IMG/VR virus record: IMGVR_UViG_2695420650_000004 | DNA length: 4,951 nucleotides | From: a virus | Lineage: Duplodnaviria > Heunggongvirae > Uroviricota > Caudoviricetes | Direction: 5' to 3' (one strand) | Part shown: positions 1 through 4,914 of the stretch, one piece after another | How positions within the stretch are numbered: the stretch's first letter is position 1 | Layout: each line of letters opens with the position of its first letter | Notes under the pieces: generated by a model | What the model was told of the DNA's origin: nothing | Database searches by the model: none | What the model saw: the letters and a program-made list of their open reading frames with translations, nothing else | Position numbers and translations under genes: made by a program

Positions 1-119
1 ATTAGCTCCTTCTGATGCCATTCTATTTCAGGAAGGAGTGTCCGTTAAACTCAGGCTACCTCAGGTTATTCGCTTCTGGGCATGGGCGGATCAACAAATG
101 ATAGACGGTAATGCAGATT

Positions 120-138
120 GTAACGCTCGCGGCGTTAC
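120..138. promoter_or_regulatory. 19-bp dyad-symmetric site GTAACGC-N5-GCGTTAC (site A), candidate iteron or operator
   Basis: Read directly: GTAACGCTCGCGGCGTTAC, with 7-bp arms that are exact reverse complements. The same arms recur at 329-347. Confidence 0.4.
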
Positions 139-328
139 AAAAAGTGCAATAGATCGCATCACTTTTATGTCTGGTTTTGCTGATGCGTTAATTCAGGTTG
201 GATGGCTGGTCGAAAATGACGGAGGGCTTTCTCTACCTAACTTTGAACGTCATAACGGAAAAAGCTCTAAAAAAAACGGGCGGTTACAAACGAGCGAGTA
301 ACAAAAATACGCGAACTGAAACGAAAAG

Positions 329-347
329 GTAACGCTGCCAGCGTTAC
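329..347. promoter_or_regulatory. 19-bp perfect palindrome GTAACGCTG-C-CAGCGTTAC (site B), candidate iteron or operator
   Basis: Read directly: 9-bp arms that are exact reverse complements. It shares the GTAACGC/GCGTTAC arms with site A, with a further half-site GCGTTAC at 364-370 and a near half-site GCGGTTAC at 280-287. Confidence 0.4.
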
Positions 348-373
348 ACAAACGGATCAAAAAGCGTTACCAG

Positions 374-393
374 AGGAAGAGGAAGAGGAAGAT
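374..393. repeat. Tandem hexamer microsatellite (GAGGAA)x3.3
   Basis: GAGGAAGAGGAAGAGGAAGA read directly; it encodes the EEEEEE(D) acidic linker in frame 1. Confidence 0.7.
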
Positions 394-746
394 CTAAATA
401 CTGATCTCCCCCTCGCCAAAAACGAGCGTCTAAAAAATTCGAGCCGGAGGCTATTGAGCTGCCCGATTGGTTGCCGGAAACACTCTGGCATGAGTGGGTC
501 CGGTTCAGACAGGCATTGCGAAAACCGATTCGAACGGAGCAGGGCGCTAACGGGGCGATACGGGAACTGGAAAAATTCCGTCAGCAGGGTTTTACACCTG
601 AGCAGGTGATTCGACACAGCATCGCCAATGAATACCAGGGCCTGTTCGCGCCGAAAGGTGTTCGGCCTGAGACGTTGCTCCGACAGGTTAACACCGTCTC
701 GTTGCCGGACAGTGCGATCCCGCCAGGCTTCAGGGGGTAACGGACC

Positions 747-1493
747 ATGAAAAATATTGCGACAGGCGGCGTTCTGGAACGCATCCGCCGACTGACCCCG
801 CCACATGTAACCGCCCCATTCAGAACGGTAGCGGAGTGGCGCGAGTGGCAACTTGCTGAAGGCCAGAAACGTAGCGAGGAGATCAACCGCCTGAATCGCC
901 AGTTGCGGGTGGAAAAAATTCTGAATCGCTCAGGCATCCAGCCGTTGCACCGTAAATGCTCGTTTGCGAATTACCAGGTGCAGAACGACGGCCAGCGATA
1001 CGCGTTAAGCCAGGCGAAATCCATCGCCGATGAACTGATGACCGGGTGTACAAATTTTGCGTTCAGCGGAAAACCTGGTACCGGGAAGAATCACTTAGCG
1101 GCAGCTATCGGGAATCGCCTGCTGAAAGACGGTCAGACAGTGATTGTGGTTACCGTGGCTGATGTTATGAGCGCCCTGCACGCCAGCTATGACGACGGGC
1201 AGTCAGGCGAAAAATTTTTGCGGGAGCTGTGCGAAGTGGATCTGCTGGTTCTTGATGAAATTGGCATTCAGCGCGAGACGAAAAACGAGCAGGTGGTGCT
1301 GCACCAGATTGTTGATCGCCGGACAGCGTCGATGCGCAGCGTGGGGATGCTGACAAACCTGAACTATGAGGTGATGAAAACATTGCTCGGCGAGCGGGTG
1401 ATGGATCGCATGGTCATGAACGGCGGGCGCTGGGTGAATTTTAACTGGGAGAGCTGGCGTCCGAATGTTAGCCATTCGAGGGTTGTTAAGTAG
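747..1493 (+). CDS. dnaC: DnaC-like replicative helicase loader (AAA+ ATPase), phage-encoded
   Basis: 248-aa ORF with Walker A GKPGTGKNHLAAAI and DnaC-like motifs along its length (NRSGI, CSF.NY, VDLLV(L/I)DEIG, GMLTN, LGERVMDRM, NW(E/D)S(W/Y)R). ATG 747 lies 6 nt after the upstream stop, with a G-rich ribosome-binding site at 733-737. Confidence 0.9.
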   Translation: MKNIATGGVLERIRRLTPPHVTAPFRTVAEWREWQLAEGQKRSEEINRLNRQLRVEKILNRSGIQPLHRKCSFANYQVQNDGQRYALSQAKSIADELMTGCTNFAFSGKPGTGKNHLAAAIGNRLLKDGQTVIVVTVADVMSALHASYDDGQSGEKFLRELCEVDLLVLDEIGIQRETKNEQVVLHQIVDRRTASMRSVGMLTNLNYEVMKTLLGERVMDRMVMNGGRWVNFNWESWRPNVSHSRVVK

Positions 1494-1507
1494 TTTCAGG
1501 AGGATTT

Positions 1508-1930
1508 ATGGCGAAACCTTTTACTCCCGAACAGCGGGAAGAACTGAAGACGCGAATTGTGGAACTCGTGCATCAGGACGGTCGGGTCACGATTCGGCAG
1601 TTGTCAGATGAAACAGGTATCAGTCGTGCGTCTGTCGGTCGCTTATGCATAGAACTGGTCGCAAGTGGTGATGTATATAATTCTGGCTACGGCTTATTCC
1701 CGTCTGAACAGGCTCGCAAGGACTGGCAAAGCGCCCGCAAAAAACTCTCGAGAGTAAAGGTGAGGAAACCGGTTGTTGTTGATCCGGACCTTATCTGGTC
1801 ATTACCTGACGGAGAAATACGCCGCTACGACAGGCGCCTGAATATAATCTGTCGCGAGTGCCGGAAGAGCGAAGCTATGCAGCGTGTACTGGCTTTCTAT
1901 CAGGGTAATTTTCAGGAGGCGATACTGTGA
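1508..1930 (+). CDS. Hypothetical protein with a predicted N-terminal helix-turn-helix (winged-helix-like), putative DNA-binding
   Basis: 140-aa ORF with ribosome-binding site AGGAGG 1498-1503 before ATG 1508. The N-terminal segment RVTIRQLSDETGISRASVGRLCIELVASGDV looks like a helix-turn-helix, and the C-terminus is basic. Function is not recognised. Confidence 0.75.
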   Translation: MAKPFTPEQREELKTRIVELVHQDGRVTIRQLSDETGISRASVGRLCIELVASGDVYNSGYGLFPSEQARKDWQSARKKLSRVKVRKPVVVDPDLIWSLPDGEIRRYDRRLNIICRECRKSEAMQRVLAFYQGNFQEAIL

Positions 1931-2344
1931 ATGAAATTAGCTATCAGGCTTCAATTACCGCTGGCATTCGCATCAAAGGAGAGGAGCATGGAAATAAAAC
2001 CAGAAGATGAGTTAAGCAATATTGTTTTATTTCCGGTAAAAGAGGATAACCCTCGTAATCAGGTTAATTTTCTTTATGAGCCATCGGAAAGACCATATTG
2101 CCATCACGCCTCTGTACGGGTTGACGAAAAAGAGCGTCAGGTCCGCTGTAAAATCTGCGGTGCGGTTGTGGAGCCGTTTGACTGGATGCTCTCTGTGGCA
2201 AAAAGAGAAACCAGACTGGCAGATGATGTAAGGCTATTGCGCCAGGAGGAACAGGAAAGGCGGAGAAATATAGAAAAGCTGATACAGATTGAGCGTAACG
2301 CGAAAGCGCGGATACGCAGGGCGACAAAATCCAGAACTGAATAA
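1931..2344 (+). CDS. Hypothetical protein with a putative zinc-ribbon-like Cys/His cluster and a charged C-terminal helix
   Basis: ATG 1931 directly follows the upstream TGA (TGAATG), with AGGAGG at 1914-1919. An alternative in-frame start at ATG 1988 has a better-spaced AAGGAG at 1976-1981 and would give 118 aa. The motif is CHH-x16-C-x2-C, followed by an Arg/Glu-rich coiled-coil-like tail. Confidence 0.7.
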   Translation: MKLAIRLQLPLAFASKERSMEIKPEDELSNIVLFPVKEDNPRNQVNFLYEPSERPYCHHASVRVDEKERQVRCKICGAVVEPFDWMLSVAKRETRLADDVRLLRQEEQERRRNIEKLIQIERNAKARIRRATKSRTE

Positions 2345-2379
2345 TTAAATTTAGCACTGTTAAAAATTTAATCCTTAAC

Positions 2380-2430
2380 CGGAGGGATTTCTGCACCCTC
2401 AAATCATCAGGAGACCACCCGAAAGGGCGG
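2380..2430 (+). repeat. Copy 1 of a 51-bp direct repeat forming two hairpins (second stem carries one mismatch)
   Basis: CGGAGGGATTTCTGCACCCTCAAATCATCAGGAGACCACCCGAAAGGGCGG. Hairpin 1 is GAGGG/CCCTC with a 9-nt loop; hairpin 2 is CCACCC-GAAA-GGGCGG with an A/C mismatch. It matches 2536-2586 at 50 of 51 positions. Confidence 0.85.
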
Positions 2431-2513
2431 GGAGCAGTCACACATCTGTTTCCGATAGCCCCGTTCTAATGCTACACTCTTTGATATTTTTATGACCCCA
2501 ATAAACATATTTA

Positions 2514-2535
2514 NNNNNNNNNNNNNNNNNNNNNN
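2514..2535. other. Assembly gap or masked bases (22 N)
   Basis: A run of 22 N characters read directly; it abuts the 5' edge of repeat copy 2. Confidence 1.
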
Positions 2536-2586
2536 CGGAGGGATTTCTGCACCCTCAAATCATCAGGAGACCGCCCGAAAGGGCGG
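2536..2586 (+). repeat. Copy 2 of the 51-bp direct repeat; hairpin 2 is perfect with a GNRA (GAAA) tetraloop
   Basis: CGGAGGGATTTCTGCACCCTCAAATCATCAGGAGACCGCCCGAAAGGGCGG. Stem 2 is A-CCGCCC-GAAA-GGGCGG-T (7 bp). The repeat ends 6 nt before ATG 2593. The upstream extent is hidden by the N run. Confidence 0.85.
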
Positions 2587-2592
2587 TAATGA

Positions 2593-2811
2593 ATGGTTAC
2601 ATTATTTAGAAAAAAATATCCGCGAAAGAGTAGAACAACAGAATTCCTGTTTCTCATTCTGTTTATCGTGTTGATGACACCGATATCCCCGCTAATTTTT
2701 GTCTGGATAATCGGAAAAATAATTGAGCCAGTTATTGAATTGTATAACGACGTGGTATGGGCGTCATTCAACACACTGCACAATAAAATTAATCCGTATA
2801 AGGAAAGCTGA
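2593..2811 (+). CDS. Putative small membrane protein (72 aa, one predicted transmembrane segment) in an AT-rich segment
   Basis: The ORF has a hydrophobic stretch FLFLILFIVLMTPISPLIFVWIIG. Its TGA at 2809-2811 lies 1 nt before the HNH ATG at 2813. Codon usage is AT-rich with rare AGA and ATA codons, and the ribosome-binding site is weak, so this is a low-confidence call. Confidence 0.35.
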   Translation: MVTLFRKKYPRKSRTTEFLFLILFIVLMTPISPLIFVWIIGKIIEPVIELYNDVVWASFNTLHNKINPYKES

Positions 2812-2812
2812 T

Positions 2813-3178
2813 ATGGCACTGACGAAAAAACAACGTGCAGAACTGCGCATGAAGTTCGGTGGTCGCTGCGCTTATTGCGGCTGCGAACTTGGCGAAAAGT
2901 GGCATGCAGACCATGTAAAACCGGTCATTCGTTTTGATGGAAATATGCTTCACCAGGAACGTGACGATATATCCAACATGGTACCAGCATGCCACCCATG
3001 CAATCTGCACAAGCATTGCAGTAGCCTGGAAGATTATCGACGAATTATCAGTGATGGTCGTCGTGAATTCCTTGCGTCCGGGAAAGGCAAAGCGCTGGTT
3101 CGTATGGGATTGGTTGAAATGAAATCTGACCCGGTTGTGTTCTGGTTTGAAAAATATCAAGAAGGGGCTACGGCATGA
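2813..3178 (+). CDS. HNH endonuclease (small, about 121 aa)
   Basis: Zinc-knuckle and catalytic motifs: CAYCGC ... HADH ... N ... CHPCNLHK. Ribosome-binding site AAGGA at 2800-2804 sits 8 nt before ATG 2813. The longer ORF from 2723 lacks a ribosome-binding site and adds a non-domain N-terminus. Confidence 0.85.
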   Translation: MALTKKQRAELRMKFGGRCAYCGCELGEKWHADHVKPVIRFDGNMLHQERDDISNMVPACHPCNLHKHCSSLEDYRRIISDGRREFLASGKGKALVRMGLVEMKSDPVVFWFEKYQEGATA

Positions 3179-3840
3179 CCACTATTACCAAAGAGCGACT
3201 GCAATGGCTGGCTAACATTTCTGGCCGCGATGATATTGACGATATAGACGGCGGTGAAATTCGTGAACTGGCGCTTATCGCTCTGGCATCACTGGAAGCA
3301 GAGCCTGTAGCGGAATGCATTGTTGAAGATGGGGGCATGTGTATTGACGGGTTCGGTGAGTATGTGGGTCACTCGCTGCCTGATGGAATGCATGAGCTTT
3401 ATGCTGCCCCGCGAATGCGACAACCTGATGGATGGAAAGCCGTAGCTGTAGCGTGGAAGGTGACGTTTACTCAAGTTGACCAGGAATCTAATACGTTCAC
3501 TGCTATATATTTTGACAAAGCGGAAGTTGAGTGTTGGGTACGACTGCATAAAGCATGTGATTTTCGGGCAGATATAACACCGCTTTACGCAGCGCCGGCA
3601 GTGCCGGTTGCAGTAAACGACGACATGGCTTACGCATTCCATCACGCACTGTCAGATTCATCGCTTGGCTCTGATGAAATCGAAGAAATTAAAACCGGTT
3701 TGCGTGCTGCCTTTGCCAACGTCACTATCCAACCAGAGCCGATAGTGCCGGATGAAATCGGGCCAAACGATAGTAATACGTTTGATTATGTTGATGGCTG
3801 GAACGCCTGCCGCGCTGCCATGCTTAAGGGAGATAAATAA
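3175..3840 (+). CDS. Hypothetical prophage protein (221 aa, acidic) with an internal repeated LYAAP motif
   Basis: ATG 3175 overlaps the HNH stop (ATGA), with GAAGGGG at 3161-3167. The LYAAP motif occurs twice (HELYAAPRMRQPDGW and ITPLYAAPAVPVAV). Function is not recognised. Confidence 0.8.
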   Translation: MTTITKERLQWLANISGRDDIDDIDGGEIRELALIALASLEAEPVAECIVEDGGMCIDGFGEYVGHSLPDGMHELYAAPRMRQPDGWKAVAVAWKVTFTQVDQESNTFTAIYFDKAEVECWVRLHKACDFRADITPLYAAPAVPVAVNDDMAYAFHHALSDSSLGSDEIEEIKTGLRAAFANVTIQPEPIVPDEIGPNDSNTFDYVDGWNACRAAMLKGDK

Positions 3841-4205
3841 TGATTAATCGAACCAAACTGGAGCACATTCTCGAATATGCCAGGCAGCAGAAATGTATTG
3901 GGCAACTTTGTAAAATTCCACCAGGAGATATGGTTGAAATCGTGGAAATGGCCATGCGTAAGGCTGGCAACTCTCCGGTAGCTCCGGCTGGCTGGATAAG
4001 CTGTAGTGATGCAGTTCCTGCTGAATATTGCGATGTGATTCTTCTCGATGATCTCGGGAATGTATTCCCCGGTTCCTGGGATAAGGTTTTTTGCCCCACT
4101 CGTGGCGGGAATAAGATGGCTTTTGTGGACAAAGACGGCGTTGAAGTAGAGAGCTCAACTCACTGGATGCCGCTACCGGAACCACCGCAGGAGGTGAATC
4201 AATGA
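3840..4205 (+). CDS. DUF551-like phage protein
   Basis: Start overlaps the upstream stop (TAATG), with ribosome-binding site AAGGGA at 3826-3831. The C-terminus THWMPLPEPP is the hallmark I associate with the DUF551 family common in lambdoid nin regions. Confidence 0.8.
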   Translation: MINRTKLEHILEYARQQKCIGQLCKIPPGDMVEIVEMAMRKAGNSPVAPAGWISCSDAVPAEYCDVILLDDLGNVFPGSWDKVFCPTRGGNKMAFVDKDGVEVESSTHWMPLPEPPQEVNQ

Positions 4206-4285
4206 CCTGGCCTGAGGCATTCACCACGGTAGGAATTGCGATGGCGGTGGCGCTGGTGGTGTATTCGATTTGCCGTTGGGGTTAA
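4202..4285 (+). CDS. Small hydrophobic peptide (27 aa, MTWPEAFTTVGIAMAVALVVYSICRWG), putative single-pass membrane peptide
   Basis: Not in the ORF track because it is too short. A consensus ribosome-binding site AGGAGG at 4189-4194 sits 7 nt before ATG 4202, which overlaps the DUF551 stop (ATGA). It is followed 10 nt later by a strong intrinsic terminator. Confidence 0.5.
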   Translation: MTWPEAFTTVGIAMAVALVVYSICRWG

Positions 4286-4294
4286 CAAACAAAA

Positions 4295-4321
4295 ACCCCG
4301 GATTGATGGTCCGGGGTTTTT
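4295..4321 (+). terminator. Rho-independent terminator closing the HNH/DUF551 operon
   Basis: An 8-bp GC-rich stem ACCCCGGA/TCCGGGGT (4295-4302 and 4310-4317) with a 7-nt loop, followed by TTTT at 4318-4321. An A-run upstream means it could work in both directions. Confidence 0.8.
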
Positions 4322-4455
4322 GAAGGAAACAAAACAGAAACAGCAATTGCCGTTACCTGTTGTTACCATGGCAAGTAAACGTATCTCAGGCGAGCGCATT
4401 GCGCCGTTCTGACGCAGATAAACTAGCCTGGATAGATGGTGCTGGCAATAAAAAA

Positions 4456-4491
4456 TAGCGTTTTCTTATCGGTGTCGGTAAGATTGCTGCG
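4456..4491 (+). promoter_or_regulatory. Putative weak promoter of the hok/mok mRNA
   Basis: -10-like TAAGAT at 4479-4484 with a poor -35. The predicted start near 4491 would give a 5' end GGGUGCUUGAGG, resembling the plasmid R1 hok mRNA 5' end (GGCGCUUGAGG) as I recall it. Confidence 0.4.
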
Positions 4492-4540
4492 GGTGCTTGA
4501 GGCTGTCTGCCTCGGGTATGTCACTGTAAGGCAGACAGAG

Positions 4541-4611
4541 AAAAGCCCCAGTTAACATTACGCGTCCTGCAAGACGCTTAACATTAATCTGAGGCCCAAT
4601 CTATGTCTCAC
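4541..4611 (-). ncRNA. sok: Sok-like antisense RNA (type I antitoxin), predicted
   Basis: A minus-strand promoter is readable as -35 TTGCCT (complement of 4641-4646), a 17-bp spacer, and -10 TAACCT (complement of 4618-4623), which parallels my recollection of the R1 sok promoter. The transcript would be antisense to the mok ribosome-binding site and start codon. A predicted terminator is a 7-bp stem (complement of 4589-4595 paired with 4545-4551, one G-U pair) followed by UUUU. Confidence 0.5.
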
Positions 4612-4815
4612 AAATGTAGGTTAGCCTCTTACGTGCCGAAAGGCAAGGAGAAGCAGGCTATGAAGCAGCAAAAGGCGATGTTAATCGCCCTGATCGTCAT
4701 CTGTTTAACCGTCATTGTGACGGCACTGGTAACGAGGAAAGACCTCTGCGAGGTACGAATCCGAATCGGCCAGACGGAGGTCGCTGTTTTCGTAGACTAC
4801 GAATCTAGAGAGTAA
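4603..4815 (+). CDS. mok: Mok-like reading frame (in-frame N-terminal extension of hok that couples hok translation)
   Basis: ATG 4603 with GAGG at 4591-4594. The 70-aa ORF MSHKCRLASYVPKGKEKQA-MKQQ... has the same architecture as chromosomal MokC/HokC as I recall it. Confidence 0.6.
   Translation: MSHKCRLASYVPKGKEKQAMKQQKAMLIALIVICLTVIVTALVTRKDLCEVRIRIGQTEVAVFVDYESRE
4660..4815 (+). CDS. hok: Hok/Gef family type I toxin (51 aa)
   Basis: MKQQKAMLIALIVICLTVIVTALVTRKDLCEVRIRIGQTEVAVFVDYESRE is near-identical in pattern to HokD/RelF and HokC/Gef. Ribosome-binding site AAGGAG at 4645-4650 precedes ATG 4660. Confidence 0.85.
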   Translation: MKQQKAMLIALIVICLTVIVTALVTRKDLCEVRIRIGQTEVAVFVDYESRE

Positions 4816-4876
4816 GAGTGACCAGGCGGGAGAGTAATCTCCCGCCACCTTTGATGTGTCAGGCATCCTCAACGCA

Positions 4877-4914
4877 CCCGCACTTAACCCGTTTCGGCGG
4901 TTTTTTTGGTAATG
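4877..4914 (+). terminator. Probable 3' end and terminator of the hok mRNA (weak hairpin plus U7)
   Basis: CCGC...GCGG and CCG-TTT-CGG pairings followed by TTTTTTT at 4901-4907. It lies just downstream of the 3' fold-back element GCACCCGC at 4874-4881. Confidence 0.45.

Larger units (their letters stand above)
2..740 (+). pseudogene. Phage replication initiation / primosomal protein, 5'-partial, with DnaT-like C-terminal domain; reading frame broken by two apparent 1-bp indels (true pseudogene or homopolymer assembly error)
   Basis: Frame 2 is open from the window edge to TAA 299-301 (the GTG at 38 abuts an AGGAAGGAG motif with no spacer, so the real start is probably upstream of the window). 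Frame 1 is open 271-603 and encodes an acidic EEEEEE linker. Frame 3 is open 405-740, has no ATG with a ribosome-binding site, and ends ...VNTVSLPDSAIPPGFRG, which closely resembles the C-terminus of E. coli DnaT as I recall it. Frame changes coincide with homopolymers: A8 at 269-276, then C5 408-412, A5 418-422 or A6 432-437. The next gene is a DnaC homolog, as in the host dnaT-dnaC operon. Confidence 0.5.

Noticed and set aside
357-937. Minus-strand ORFs 357..851 and 581..937
   Set aside because: They lie antisense to the initiator and DnaC-like coding sequence, have low-complexity translations (serine runs from the GAGGAA repeat), and lack ribosome-binding sites. They are shadow ORFs.
1165-1475. 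Minus-strand ORFs 1165..1383 and 1203..1475
   Set aside because: They sit entirely within the strongly supported DnaC-like gene on the opposite strand and are not credible as independent genes.
2345-2372. AT-rich inverted repeat TTAAATTT...AAATTTAA after the stop of the 1931..2344 gene
   Set aside because: It is a low-complexity AT palindrome with no following U-run, so it is weak evidence for a terminator or binding site.
2380-2586. CRISPR array interpretation of the 51-bp repeats
   Set aside because: There are only two copies, the repeat is too long (51 bp), the spacer is about 105 bp, and there are no cas genes.
2380-2586. tRNA-derived attachment-site duplication
   Set aside because: The sequence cannot be folded into a tRNA cloverleaf or T-arm, and no integrase is adjacent.
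2723-2812. Longer start (2723) for the HNH gene
   Set aside because: It has no ribosome-binding site and adds 30 residues outside the HNH domain, whereas ATG 2813 has AAGGA at correct spacing.
2064-2819. Minus-strand ORFs 2064..2441 and 2511..2819, and + ORF 2492..2674
   Set aside because: Their apparent conservation (RPFG.SPDDLRVQKSL) is only the translated 51-bp repeat. One crosses the N gap and the others overlap better-supported + strand genes.
2380-3178. Group I intron with an HNH homing endonuclease
   Set aside because: The HNH gene is translationally coupled to its neighbours rather than interrupting a host gene, and I cannot identify the conserved intron core pairings by eye. This remains untested.
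4252-4259. Chi site GCTGGTGG
   Set aside because: A single occurrence is expected by chance at E. coli Chi density and lies inside the 27-aa ORF, so it is not evidence of a special feature.
2789-4399. Other alternate-frame ORFs (2789..3160 -, 2934..3122 +, 3289..3645 -, 3824..4132 -, 3844..4227 -, 4199..4399 -)
   Set aside because: They overlap the coupled + strand operon in other frames or on the opposite strand and have no start signals. They are typical shadow ORFs.
4394-4404. Palindrome GCGCA-T-TGCGC
   Set aside because: The arms are only 5 bp and it is plausible by chance, with no associated signal.
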